From Flavobacteriales bacterium (GTDB lineage: Bacteria > Bacteroidota > Bacteroidia > M30B66), in assembly GCA_040403315.1 (NCBI GenBank), contig JBBAKX010000001.1, positions 818,703 to 882,702 of the forward strand: DNA of 64,000 nucleotides. Direction: 5' to 3'. Under the pieces are notes generated by a model. That model did not search any database. It saw only the letters and a list, made by a program, of their open reading frames with translations, and was not told the DNA's origin. Positions within the stretch are counted from its first letter, which is position 1. Each line of letters opens with the position of its first letter. Shown in pieces: positions 18,840 through 28,570 of the stretch. The position numbers and the translations under genes were made by a program.

Positions 18840-19781
18840 TCACTCTTTTTCACTTAATGCCCTCAGGTGGTCAAAAAGAATTCCTTCTTTGAGTGAAAAA
18901 GTTGAAAGCCTCATTGCATCGAGATTTAATTGCTTAAATACGAAACGAATCATTACAACAGCAACAACAATCATTTCCACCCGCATTGCTGCTAATCCTT
19001 TTATTTTGAAACGCTTCTCGATTGTGCTGTTGGTTAAAATCTTGTACATCGCTTCAAAGTGCTTCATATCGAAGGAGTACTCTGTTTTGATTAACGGATT
19101 TTCAATCGTTTGGAATTTATAGTAGATCATTTCGGCCAAAGAATCGAAAGAACCAGAAGATCCAACGAGCGTTTTCACAGGATATATTTCACAAGCACCC
19201 CAAAGCAGTTGTAGTTGTTCTGCTAAGTGATTTTTCAATAGCTTGATTTCATTCTTAGTAATGGGTTCGGAAGGATTGATCACTTCCAACAGTCGGGCAG
19301 CCCCCAAATCAAAACTATGCTTCCAATAAATTCGGTGCATATCGGCGATAATGAACTCGGTACTACCTCCGCCAATATCCATGATAAGACATTTTTCTTT
19401 GCCCATATCGAGGGCTTTTCGAACACCATAATAAATGAGTTCTGCTTCACGGTCTCCAGAAATTACTTCAATAGCGATCCCCGTTTCGGCTTTCACTTTG
19501 CGCACAAATTCTTTTCCGTTTTTCGCGCTGCGGATAGCTGAGGTTGCGAAAGCAAGAATTTTATCGACTTCGAAACGGTCGATTGTTGCCTTGTGCGTGT
19601 TCATGGCTTTGATGCCACGCAAGAACGGACTGTGTGAAATGACTTGATTGTTGATTCCCCCTTCGCCAAGCTTTACAGGAATTTTTTCCTTGAAAATCAC
19701 CGTGAATTGACCGTTTTCATGAACACGGGCAATCATGAGTTTAAAGGTATTTGTACCGATATCGATGATGGCGATTTTCAC
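18840..19781 (-). CDS. Ppx/GppA-family phosphatase (exopolyphosphatase / pppGpp phosphohydrolase family)
   Basis: N-terminus KIAIIDIGTNTFKLMI, plus DIGGGSTE and the ASKHA fold pattern. The start codon is GTG (19781-19779). Confidence 0.85.
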   Translation of the reverse strand: MKIAIIDIGTNTFKLMIARVHENGQFTVIFKEKIPVKLGEGGINNQVISHSPFLRGIKAMNTHKATIDRFEVDKILAFATSAIRSAKNGKEFVRKVKAETGIAIEVISGDREAELIYYGVRKALDMGKEKCLIMDIGGGSTEFIIADMHRIYWKHSFDLGAARLLEVINPSEPITKNEIKLLKNHLAEQLQLLWGACEIYPVKTLVGSSGSFDSLAEMIYYKFQTIENPLIKTEYSFDMKHFEAMYKILTNSTIEKRFKIKGLAAMRVEMIVVAVVMIRFVFKQLNLDAMRLSTFSLKEGILFDHLRALSEKE

Positions 19782-19873
19782 TTTTTTATTGCTTCGATCA
19801 GGACTTCAATGTTAATGAAAGTGCTAAAATGCTCCACAAAGAGTTTTCAGTCATTTATCAACCCTCAAAAATC

Positions 19874-20740
19874 CTAAGAAATGAAGTGTTCGAGGATATA
19901 TGAAATGCCCAAAACAACACTTGCAATTCCATTTGTTGTGCCGAATGCTAGGTTTACCCGGCTCAAATCGTCGGGTTTTACAATGCTGTGTTGATAAACC
20001 AACATGCTTAAAAACACCGATGCACCTGCCCAATAAAAGATACCAGCTTGCATATTTAGACCAGCAGCTACAATGAAAAGGGCCGTGATTGCATGGAGAA
20101 ACTCTGAAAGTCGAAGTGCTCTTTTTTTACCTAGCCAAACAGGAATGCTGTAAAGATCCTGAGAGCGATCAAATTCTTCGTCTTGAAGCGCATAAATAAT
20201 ATCGAATCCTGAGGTCCAGAACAAAACAGCGAACGAAAACAGAAGTGGAAGCCAGTCGAATTTACCCGTTACTGCCAAGTATGCACCGATAGGAGCCAGC
20301 GACAATCCTACACCCAAAACAATGTGGCATAACCAAGTGAACCGTTTCGTGATACTATAACCTAAAATCACCGCAAGGGCAATGGGCGAAAGGAAAAAGC
20401 AAAGTGGATTGATAAACCAAGTGGTTGCTAAAAATGCGATCGACATCACCACAACAAAAGCAAGTGCTGCTGTAGGTGATATAACGCCAGCTGGGATTTC
20501 TCGGATGGCGGTTCTAGCATTCATTTCATCGAAACGGCGGTCGATGAATCTGTTAAAGCCCATAGCTGCTGATCTTGCGAAAACCATACAGAGCAAAATC
20601 TTGGCAAAAAGCGTCCAGTCGGGAGTTGTTCCTGAAGCTTCAACGCCAAGAAAATAGCCGATAATAGCGAATGGAAGGGCAAAAACAGTGTGGCTGAATT
20701 TTACCAATGATAAATAATGTCGAATACTGATGGTACTCAT
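19874..20740 (-). CDS. UbiA-family aromatic prenyltransferase (4-hydroxybenzoate polyprenyltransferase-like, possibly the menaquinone-pathway MqnP type)
   Basis: 288-aa polytopic ORF with the NRFIDRRFD and YALQDEEFD Asp-rich motifs typical of UbiA prenyltransferases. Its start overlaps the recR stop (ATGA). Confidence 0.82.
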   Translation of the reverse strand: MSTISIRHYLSLVKFSHTVFALPFAIIGYFLGVEASGTTPDWTLFAKILLCMVFARSAAMGFNRFIDRRFDEMNARTAIREIPAGVISPTAALAFVVVMSIAFLATTWFINPLCFFLSPIALAVILGYSITKRFTWLCHIVLGVGLSLAPIGAYLAVTGKFDWLPLLFSFAVLFWTSGFDIIYALQDEEFDRSQDLYSIPVWLGKKRALRLSEFLHAITALFIVAAGLNMQAGIFYWAGASVFLSMLVYQHSIVKPDDLSRVNLAFGTTNGIASVVLGISYILEHFIS

Positions 20741-21357
20741 CTGTTCAAGTTATTTTCGAATGGAGTTCGGTTTAGAATTGATCTTCCTAAGGTTACTTCA
20801 TCAGCGTATTCCAATTCGTCGCCTACAGAAACGCCTCTGGCCAATGTGCTAAGCTTGATATTAAAATCTTTAAGTTTTCTGAATAAGTAAAAATTGGTTG
20901 TATCACCTTCCATTGTTGCACTGAGTGCCATGATAACTTCCTTCGGTTCGCCGGTTTGCACTCTTTGTAATAGACTTTCGATGTTAATGTCGGATGGTCC
21001 GGTTCCTTCCAAAGGAGAAATAATTCCACCTAAAACGTGGTAAATACCTCTGTACTGTCCTGTGTTTTCGAGCGCCATTACATCACGTACATCCTCAACT
21101 ACACAAAGCAATGATCGGTCACGGTTTCGATCTGTACATATTGTACAAGTCTCATTGTCGCAAAGATTATGGCAAACGTTGCAGTGTTGAATGTCGCGTT
21201 TCAGTTTTACAAAAGCGCCCGAAAATTGATCAATCGCAGCGGTATCTCTTTTCAACAGATGAAGCACCAAACGGAGTGCAGTTTTTTTGCCTATCCCCGG
21301 CAGGGAAGACATTTCATTTACTGCATCTTCTAATAACTTCGATGGTAAGGGCTGCAT
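20737..21357 (-). CDS. recR: Recombination protein RecR
   Basis: ...[17 protein letters not shown] (HhH), a C4 zinc finger [16 protein letters not shown], and a Toprim region. Confidence 0.95.
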   Translation of the reverse strand: MQPLPSKLLEDAVNEMSSLPGIGKKTALRLVLHLLKRDTAAIDQFSGAFVKLKRDIQHCNVCHNLCDNETCTICTDRNRDRSLLCVVEDVRDVMALENTGQYRGIYHVLGGIISPLEGTGPSDINIESLLQRVQTGEPKEVIMALSATMEGDTTNFYLFRKLKDFNIKLSTLARGVSVGDELEYADEVTLGRSILNRTPFENNLNR

Positions 21358-21364
21358 AAGGCTG

Positions 21365-21372
21365 CAAAGTTA
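21365..21372 (-). promoter_or_regulatory. Putative -7 box (TAACTTTG) for recR
   Basis: The minus strand reads TAACTTTGcagccttATG, leaving 7 nt between the box and the start codon. Confidence 0.4.
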
Positions 21373-21468
21373 ACAGATAAGCTTGCTTTTGGTTGAAGAA
21401 TTGGGCTATTCACATTCTATTCTTTGAAAGTGCTACATACGAATCTTCGAATACCCGCAATTGATCAA

Positions 21469-21476
21469 TAGATTTG
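21469..21476 (+). promoter_or_regulatory. Putative -7 box (TAGATTTG) for the symporter gene
   Basis: TAGATTTGttttATG, leaving 4 nt between the box and the start codon. Confidence 0.4.
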
Positions 21477-21480
21477 TTTT

Positions 21481-22968
21481 ATGCCGAATGTGATTAGTCC
21501 TGCCATGCTGATTTTGATTATCAGCTTGTATTTCTTGGCTCTGATTGGGATTTCCTGGTGGAAAAGCCGAAAGTCGGATGCAGATTCTTACTTTCTTGGA
21601 AACAAGTCTTCGCCTTGGTATTTGGTGGCTTTTGGTATGATTGGCGATTCGCTTTCGGGTGTTACTTTCGTTTCGGTGCCTGGTGAAGTAGGGGTGAAGC
21701 ATTTCGCTTACATGCAGGTAGTTTTGGGTTATTTGGTGGGCTATTTTGTGATTGCAAAGGTGCTCTTGCCGATGTATTATCGAATGAATCTCACATCGAT
21801 TTATTCCTATCTCGGTGAGCGTTTCGGCATTACAGCACAAAAAACTGGATCGGTGTATTTTCTGCTGTCGCGAACAATTGGCGCAGCATACAGGCTTTTT
21901 ATCTCAGCAAGTGTATTGCAGATATTCCTATTTGAACCGATGGGTGTTCCATTTTGGATTTCGGTTACGATCATCATTATTCTGATTTTACTTTACACCT
22001 TGAAAGGTGGAATTCGCTCTCTCATTTGGACCGACACTTTCCAATCGCTATTTCTTTTGTTGGGTGTTGTGCTTACAGCTTGGTCGATTATTGATAAGCT
22101 CGATTGGACTTTTGGAGAAGCTATTCAAGGAATTGTTTCGAGCGAATATTCAGAGGTTTTCAATTGGGACGTCAAATCCAAGCTATATTTCTGGAAACAA
22201 TTCATTTCGGGCGCTTTCATAGCCATCGTTATGACCGGTCTTGACCAGAATATGATGCAGAAAAATCTGAGCTGTAAAAGTTTGCCTGAAGCACAAAAAA
22301 ACGTTCTCTGGTTTAGTGTTATCGTGGTAGTCGTGAATCTAATATTTGTTTCGCTTGGCGCTTTGATGTTTATCTATGCTGGTCAGGCTGGAATAGAAGT
22401 TCCGCTTAAAACCGATACCTTCTTACCGATGCTCACATTGAATCACTTGGGCTTGTTTGCATCGGTGGTTTTCCTGCTGGGGATAACTGCCGCAACATTT
22501 TCATCGGCCGACTCAGTACTAACCACCTTAACTACTTCTTTCTATATTGATATCCTTGGATTGGATAAACGAAACGACCGGTCTGAGGCATCTAAAATTC
22601 GAAGCAGAAATTTGATTCATGCCGGATTTTCTGTGGTGCTCTTGTTGGTAATTTTAGCGTTTCGATTAATCAACAAAGACTCTGTAATTACTGGAATTTT
22701 TGTTGCGGCTGGCTACACATACGGTCCGTTATTGGGCTTGTTTGCTTTTGGAATTTTGAGCAAACGAGGCGTAAATTCAATTGGTGTTCCCGTTGTTGCT
22801 TTACTTGCTCCAATACTTACTTATTTGTGCACATTGTATTCGGAACAATGGCTAGGTGGATACAAAATTGGTTTTGAGTTGCTGCTTATTAATGGCTTGT
22901 TTACCTATTTGGGCTTGTTTCTGATTAGTTATAGAAAACCGATAGGGCAAACCCCTAAAGTTGATTAG
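21481..22968 (+). CDS. Sodium:solute symporter (SSS) family transporter
   Basis: 495-aa ORF with about 13 TM helices. The N-terminal pattern (...KSRKSDADSYFLGNKSSPWYLVAFGMIGDSLSG..) is typical of SSF transporters. Confidence 0.8.
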   Translation: MPNVISPAMLILIISLYFLALIGISWWKSRKSDADSYFLGNKSSPWYLVAFGMIGDSLSGVTFVSVPGEVGVKHFAYMQVVLGYLVGYFVIAKVLLPMYYRMNLTSIYSYLGERFGITAQKTGSVYFLLSRTIGAAYRLFISASVLQIFLFEPMGVPFWISVTIIIILILLYTLKGGIRSLIWTDTFQSLFLLLGVVLTAWSIIDKLDWTFGEAIQGIVSSEYSEVFNWDVKSKLYFWKQFISGAFIAIVMTGLDQNMMQKNLSCKSLPEAQKNVLWFSVIVVVVNLIFVSLGALMFIYAGQAGIEVPLKTDTFLPMLTLNHLGLFASVVFLLGITAATFSSADSVLTTLTTSFYIDILGLDKRNDRSEASKIRSRNLIHAGFSVVLLLVILAFRLINKDSVITGIFVAAGYTYGPLLGLFAFGILSKRGVNSIGVPVVALLAPILTYLCTLYSEQWLGGYKIGFELLLINGLFTYLGLFLISYRKPIGQTPKVD

Positions 22969-23147
22969 TTTAATAATCGACACTTTATTGTCGTTAATGT
23001 TTATTGATCAAGTGTTAATGGTGACTTATTAGACCATTGCTTGACTCGGTGTCGTTGATCGATGTTTTTATAGGGGGTAATTTGAGGTTAGAAATGCGAG
23101 TATTCTGTTCAGTATAGGATGATTACTGAAGATACCTTGCGTTCGAA

Positions 23148-23609
23148 ATGGTAATCAGAAAAGCAGAGGTAAGGGATATTTCAGGAATGACCAATGTGTT
23201 TGCCTCGGCAGTCGAAAACACATCAGCTCTATACACGGTTAACCAAAGAGCATCATGGGTGTCGCAAGCACTTCGTCCAGCTTTCTGGGAGGAATTATTG
23301 CGCTCACATTACATATTGGTTTATTTTGAAATGAATGTGTTGGTTGGCTTAATTGCTTTCTCTTCAAGGGGAGAGGTTTCGATGCTTTACATCATGCCAC
23401 AGTTTCAAAGAAAAGGTATTGCCTCTCGATTGATTGCAATTATTTCAGAATACGCACATGAGGAAGGATATGCCCATGTAAAAGTCGACGCTAGTCTTTA
23501 TTTGCGTCCATTACTTCTTAAACTAGGATTTGAATTGGTTGAGGAATACACCAAGACGATAAAAAATGTGGAGTTTCCCAATGCCGTTTTTGTGAAAGAA
23601 CTAATTTAG
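23148..23609 (+). CDS. GNAT-family N-acetyltransferase
   Basis: 153-aa ORF with the acetyl-CoA-binding motif QFQRKGIASRLI (Q/RxxGxG/A-like). Confidence 0.72.
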   Translation: MVIRKAEVRDISGMTNVFASAVENTSALYTVNQRASWVSQALRPAFWEELLRSHYILVYFEMNVLVGLIAFSSRGEVSMLYIMPQFQRKGIASRLIAIISEYAHEEGYAHVKVDASLYLRPLLLKLGFELVEEYTKTIKNVEFPNAVFVKELI

Positions 23610-23685
23610 TTTTTATCGATTACAGGCACTTAAATACCATCAAGAACTTCAACTAAAGTCTCAACTTCAAAAAACTAAGAACACC

Positions 23686-24351
23686 TTAGTTCTTGAGTTT
23701 ATCTTGAAACACTTTTCTGAACTTGTCTACTTTAGGCTTTATCACCATTCTGCAATATCCTTGTTCAGGATTTTGGCTGTAATAGTTTTGATGATAATCT
23801 TCGGCAACATAAAACTTACCATCGAATGCTGTAATTTCGGTAACGATTGGTTTTTCGAAAGCTCCAGAAACATTTAACTTGGCTTTGTAGCCATCGGCAA
23901 TTCTCTTTTGTTCGTCGCTAATATAGTATACCGCAGATCGATATTGACTTCCAACATCTGCACCTTGGCGGTTTAAAGTAGTAGGATCATGCGTTTGCCA
24001 AAATACTTCTAGGATATCATCCATTGATAACACTTTCGGATCAAAAGTAATTCTTGCAACTTCAGCATGACCAGTCATTCCGGTACAAACTTCTTTGTAG
24101 GTTGGATTGGGTGTTTGGCCACCTGTATAACCTGATTCGACCTTCAATACGCCATTTAATTCTTGAAAAACAGCTTCGATGCACCAGAAACATCCAGCGC
24201 CAAGAATGATTGTATCGTTTTGGTTATTCTGAGGTTCTTGGTCGACTGTCATATTTAAGGGAGTTGGAGTTGTTTGACCACATGCTTGCAAAAGTGCTGG
24301 AATCAGCAGGGTGAATAGTGGTATTAAAAACGTTTTGAAACGGTTCATCAT
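23686..24351 (-). CDS. msrA: Peptide-methionine (S)-S-oxide reductase MsrA with a lipoprotein signal peptide
   Basis: Active site GAGCFWC and conserved ...GHAEV... and YHQNY. The N-terminus MMNRFKTFLIPLFTLLIPALLQAC has a lipobox-like LQAC. Confidence 0.9.
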   Translation of the reverse strand: MMNRFKTFLIPLFTLLIPALLQACGQTTPTPLNMTVDQEPQNNQNDTIILGAGCFWCIEAVFQELNGVLKVESGYTGGQTPNPTYKEVCTGMTGHAEVARITFDPKVLSMDDILEVFWQTHDPTTLNRQGADVGSQYRSAVYYISDEQKRIADGYKAKLNVSGAFEKPIVTEITAFDGKFYVAEDYHQNYYSQNPEQGYCRMVIKPKVDKFRKVFQDKLKN

Positions 24352-24414
24352 GGAGTAATTAGAACAGCCTAAACGCAGATTGGTTCAGATTCGTATTCAA
24401 GTAAAATCGACGAG

Positions 24415-24939
24415 TTATTCAGGTTGCCAAGTAGCAGGTTCGTCGAGTGGAATTGGTGGTACATCAATCGAACTTTCGAGATAGTTTCTAAGGCTATCTA
24501 ATCGAGATTCCATGTCGGATCGACGGCTGTCGGAGAAAAACAATCCGAAAATCCTTCCTATAGGATAACTAAGTGATCCGGTCGATTTCCAATTGATTTT
24601 GCAACCGGTTTCGCCCACTTCGAAGGTCCAATTTTCTTCAGAAACTACTTCAAATGGTTTGAATTGATAGAGCTTGCCGCTGAATCCAGCATCTCCCATC
24701 CCAGGAACAGGAATGAATGCTAGAGTCGTTTCTTCTGATTTAACTGAATCATTGATCTTCCAATTTGTCCACTCTTTCCAAGATTCAGGGTCTGAAAACT
24801 CGCTTTTCGTTTCTGCGATCGGCTGGTTTACGTCAATTGAAGCTTGGATGTTGAAATCTGCAGGAATAAACCAAGCAACAGCCAACACCATCGCTACAAA
24901 AGCGAGCAAAATGAGTAGCGTTTTTCTGATGATTCTCAT
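24415..24939 (-). CDS. Membrane-anchored SRPBCC-like (polyketide cyclase/START-fold) protein, tentative
   Basis: MRIIRKTLLILLAFVAMVLAVAWF anchor followed by about 150 aa of beta-rich sequence. An alternative ATG at 25005 would add 22 aa. The fold assignment is weak. Confidence 0.45.
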   Translation of the reverse strand: MRIIRKTLLILLAFVAMVLAVAWFIPADFNIQASIDVNQPIAETKSEFSDPESWKEWTNWKINDSVKSEETTLAFIPVPGMGDAGFSGKLYQFKPFEVVSEENWTFEVGETGCKINWKSTGSLSYPIGRIFGLFFSDSRRSDMESRLDSLRNYLESSIDVPPIPLDEPATWQPE

Positions 24940-25256
24940 TAAGATTTTTCCGAATGAGGGTAAAGATAATTTGTACGACTTACTTAAGCAAGCATTTCGT
25001 CGCATTGGAATAATGAAAGTTACTCTAATCTAATCAAACCTGCAATGTGAGCATCAAAACCAATCTATGCTATTTTGAAAAGTAAAATTACTTTGCAGAA
25101 GAGGTTCTTCCAATAGTGTATTAACGGCTATGCGTTTGATGCATCTGAGTATTCAATCCAAATTGTTGAATCAGTTTCCGAAGCTTCACGATCATTTCAC
25201 AATATCGTTTACCTCCTGAAATTGGGTTAACGAGAAACAATATTCTGACTTAAATC

Positions 25257-26066
25257 CTATAATTTGCTGAATTCATCTAAGATTATAGCGCGTAATTCTT
25301 CGTTTATATGACCATTTCCAGCGAGTAGTTCCTTGCCAAAAATAAAATCATCTCCACCGGAATAATCAGTAACCAATCCGCCAGCTTGTTTTACAATAAA
25401 CGCTCCTCCGGCTACATCCCAGGGACTTAACCCATATTCATAGAAAGCTTCAAATCTTCCACAGGCAACATAAGCCAGATCGATTGCTGCCGAGCCCAGC
25501 CTTCTTACACCGTGAGATTTTCGTAATAAGCTAATAAATAGCTGCATCCAAGCTTCCAAACGGCCTTCGTCTCTGTAAGGGAAACCTGTAACCAAAAGAG
25601 AATCTTTCAATAAATTCCGATTTGAAACTTGGATTTCTTTTCCGTTGAGCATGGCTTTTCCACCTTCCACAGCATAAAAACACTCTTCATGACTCACTTC
25701 GTAAACAACACCAAGCACAGTTTTTTTCTTGAACATTAAAGCAATGCTGATGCTGAAAAGCGGCAAACCATGGATGAAGTTGGTTGTGCCATCAATGGGA
25801 TCGATGATCCAAAGAAAGTCTCGGTCTTCTTCAGCAACAGTTTTTTCTTCGGTCAGAAAGCCACAATCGGGAAGGAGTGCCTTCAATTCACTCACCAATA
25901 GGGTTTCAGCGGCTTTGTCGACATAGGTAACAAAGTCGTTCACGCCTTTAGATTCGATTCCGTTTTGAGTAAGTCTCGATTGCTCCAATCGGATAAATTT
26001 CCCAACCTGTCGACAAAGATTGTTTACCTCTTCAACGAGGGAGCTGAGATTAGGAAAGTTTTCCAT
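25257..26066 (-). CDS. Inositol monophosphatase family protein (SuhB-like)
   Basis: Motifs FLTEE, WIIDPIDGTTNF and WDVAGG. The track start is a TTG (26126). The ATG at 26066 fits homolog N-termini and overlaps the lgt 3' end by 17 nt. Confidence 0.85.
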   Translation of the reverse strand: MENFPNLSSLVEEVNNLCRQVGKFIRLEQSRLTQNGIESKGVNDFVTYVDKAAETLLVSELKALLPDCGFLTEEKTVAEEDRDFLWIIDPIDGTTNFIHGLPLFSISIALMFKKKTVLGVVYEVSHEECFYAVEGGKAMLNGKEIQVSNRNLLKDSLLVTGFPYRDEGRLEAWMQLFISLLRKSHGVRRLGSAAIDLAYVACGRFEAFYEYGLSPWDVAGGAFIVKQAGGLVTDYSGGDDFIFGKELLAGNGHINEELRAIILDEFSKL

Positions 26067-27216
26067 TGTGGAGCTTATGTTGATTTTTTCGGGTGTACCA
26101 CACGCCGAAAATACCAAGGATGACAAGCGTTGAAGAGATCAATTGAGCTTGGGTAACATCGATTCCCATGATATGATAAAGCGAATTCACCCTGATGCTT
26201 TCAATAAGAAAACGCTCTGTGCCATTCATGATGAGGTAAATACTAAACAGCATTCCTGGTACATTGATTTTTTTTCTGATTCCCCATAGAACTGCAAACA
26301 AGGCGATTGCCATCAGTGTCTCGTAAAATGAAGTAGGGAAAACGGCTTCAGGAAGTTCGCTGCACCACCTTCCAACGCAACCAGGAATCGGAACTCCTTC
26401 ATTGTTAACGTTGTGCGGAAATTTAAACGACCACGTCCAGTCTGGAAGGAACGACATCCAATTGGGTTTTGGAGCGTTGTTGACAATTCCCCAATCGCCA
26501 TCGCCCGACATTTGGCAGCCAACTCGACCTATCCCATAGGAAATCATCAATGCAGGAGCCGCGGCATCGCACAAGTGCAATGGTTTTATTCCTTGTTTCT
26601 TGCCGTATCGAATGATTAAAATTGCAGCAACGATGAGCCCACCGTAAAAAGTAAGACCAGAGAATGAAAGCAGCGCTCCAATAGGATCTGCCAAAAATTC
26701 TTGAGGATTTTCGAGATTGTGAAAGATTTTCGCGCCAACCAAACCGCCAACTACACCGAACAAAATAATGTTGCCTAGGTGATCAATAGCATTGATTTCA
26801 TCTGTTACAATTTTAGGTTGAGGCAATAGAGCAGCTTTCACTTCTCTGTATTTCCAATATACCAAACCTATGGCGCCAGCAATGCCACCAAGCCAAGATC
26901 CTTCACTCGAAAGCAGCATTTCTTGTGGGTTGTCGGCAAACAAACTGTAATTGCTTATCAGGTAAACGAATTTGAATCCCGCTATAAAACCGCCTATCGC
27001 ATTCAGAACGTATTCGATAGATTTAGCAGGAGCGCCAATTGTGCGCTGACGTTTCGTTGGTTGAATGAGACCTTCAGCCTGTTTTCGTTTCAATTCCTTC
27101 CCAAGAAAATATGCTGCAACGGCAAATGCCATGGCTACAAAAAATCCAAAGGTTTGAATGGGAAGTTTCAGGTCGATGCCCAAAGTTTTTAAAAACTCAC
27201 TAATGGTTGGATACAT
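26050..27216 (-). CDS. lgt: Prolipoprotein diacylglyceryl transferase (long form)
   Basis: Polytopic ORF with a GIGRVGC (GRxGN/C-like) motif and general Lgt topology. 388 aa. Confidence 0.85.
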   Translation of the reverse strand: MYPTISEFLKTLGIDLKLPIQTFGFFVAMAFAVAAYFLGKELKRKQAEGLIQPTKRQRTIGAPAKSIEYVLNAIGGFIAGFKFVYLISNYSLFADNPQEMLLSSEGSWLGGIAGAIGLVYWKYREVKAALLPQPKIVTDEINAIDHLGNIILFGVVGGLVGAKIFHNLENPQEFLADPIGALLSFSGLTFYGGLIVAAILIIRYGKKQGIKPLHLCDAAAPALMISYGIGRVGCQMSGDGDWGIVNNAPKPNWMSFLPDWTWSFKFPHNVNNEGVPIPGCVGRWCSELPEAVFPTSFYETLMAIALFAVLWGIRKKINVPGMLFSIYLIMNGTERFLIESIRVNSLYHIMGIDVTQAQLISSTLVILGIFGVWYTRKNQHKLHNGKLS

Positions 27217-27227
27217 AATAGTTTGAT

Positions 27228-28562
27228 TCAGGCCTTTGCCATCATTTGATCATTCGAAAGTTCTAAGTGTTTTACCGAGCCAATTCCATCTTCTTCTATG
27301 GCAGTTATTTCAGCAAATCTTATTTGGTTGATCAACTCAGGATTCCAAGGCGTTCTTACTTTAATGTAGTTACTTGTGAAACCAAACATTTCGCCTTCAG
27401 TCTTTTCACTTTCCCACAATACAGGATATTTTCGTCCAACATGCTGCTGGTAAAACGCGCGCTTTTTCTTTTCAGAAAGGATCCTTAACATCCTACTTCT
27501 TTCGGCTCTTTCTTTCTGATCCACAACGCCAACCATCGAAACTGCATGTGTATTGTCTCGTTCGGAGTATGTAAATACGTGTAAGTATGAAATGGGAAGC
27601 TCGTTGAGGTATTGATAAGTGTCGAGGAAATCATCGTTTGTTTCGCCGGGAAATCCAACAATTACGTCAACCCCAATACAGGCATCTGGCATGGTTTGGA
27701 GGATGCTTTCTACTCGCTGGGTGTATAATTCTCGCTGGTATCGGCGGCGCATCAAACGAAGTATTTTGTTGCTACCCGACTGAAGTGGAATATGAAAATG
27801 GGGCACAAATTTTTGAGAGTTCGCGCAGAATGAAATGATCTCGTCGCTCAATAAATTAGGTTCGATAGACGAAATACGGAAGCGACTTACGCCATCTAAT
27901 TCATCTAGTCCTTTTACTAAGTCGAAGAAAGATTCATCGTTGTATCGGCCAAAGTCTCCGGTGTTAACGCCTGTTAGAACAATTTCTGATGGATGGCTTT
28001 CGGAAATGATTTTTCGAGCAGCTTCGAGTGTTGATGCAACCGTTTCGCTTCTGCTTTTGCCGCGAGCCAGAGGAATCGTGCAAAAGGCACAAGAGTAATC
28101 ACAACCATCTTGAACTTTAAAGAATGTTCTGGTACGATCGTCTTTTGAGTAAGATGGAACAAATTGGTTCACATTGTCTATCTCGCAAGCATGAATTTCT
28201 GCCTCGGCGTTCTTCTTAAATGCAGCAATGTAATTTGGCAGGTTGAATTTCTCAGCAGCACCTAAAACCAAATCTACCCCTGGAATATTCGCAATTTCTT
28301 GCGGTTTCAATTGAGCATAACAACCAATAATAGCAACGAAGGCATCAGGATTTACTCTCAGCGCTTTGCTAACCAGTGATTTACATCTCTTGTCGGCATT
28401 TTCAGTAACAGAACAAGTGTTGATAACGTAAACATCTGGCTGATCTTCAAATTCTACCTTCTCATAGCCATGGTCTCGGAAAGATCTGGCAATGGTGGAT
28501 GTCTCTGAAAAGTTCAGTTTGCAACCGAGGGTGTAAAAGGAAACTCTGCCTGCGCGATTCAT
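27228..28562 (-). CDS. mtaB: tRNA methylthiotransferase, MtaB-like (radical SAM, UPF0004 + TRAM domains)
   Basis: VSFYTLGCKLNFSE N-terminus, NTCSVTENA, radical-SAM cluster motif CDYSCAFC, and a TRAM-like C-terminus. Start taken at ATG 28562 (the track start at 28583 is a TTG). Confidence 0.82.
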   Translation of the reverse strand: MNRAGRVSFYTLGCKLNFSETSTIARSFRDHGYEKVEFEDQPDVYVINTCSVTENADKRCKSLVSKALRVNPDAFVAIIGCYAQLKPQEIANIPGVDLVLGAAEKFNLPNYIAAFKKNAEAEIHACEIDNVNQFVPSYSKDDRTRTFFKVQDGCDYSCAFCTIPLARGKSRSETVASTLEAARKIISESHPSEIVLTGVNTGDFGRYNDESFFDLVKGLDELDGVSRFRISSIEPNLLSDEIISFCANSQKFVPHFHIPLQSGSNKILRLMRRRYQRELYTQRVESILQTMPDACIGVDVIVGFPGETNDDFLDTYQYLNELPISYLHVFTYSERDNTHAVSMVGVVDQKERAERSRMLRILSEKKKRAFYQQHVGRKYPVLWESEKTEGEMFGFTSNYIKVRTPWNPELINQIRFAEITAIEEDGIGSVKHLELSNDQMMAKA

Positions 28563-28570
28563 AAGGGCTG

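Noticed and set aside
21433-21840. 135-aa ORF antisense to, or overlapping, the start of the symporter gene.
   Set aside because: It spans the recR/symporter promoter region and the symporter N-terminus, and its His/Arg/Asn-rich translation is implausible. The plus-strand membrane protein is convincing.
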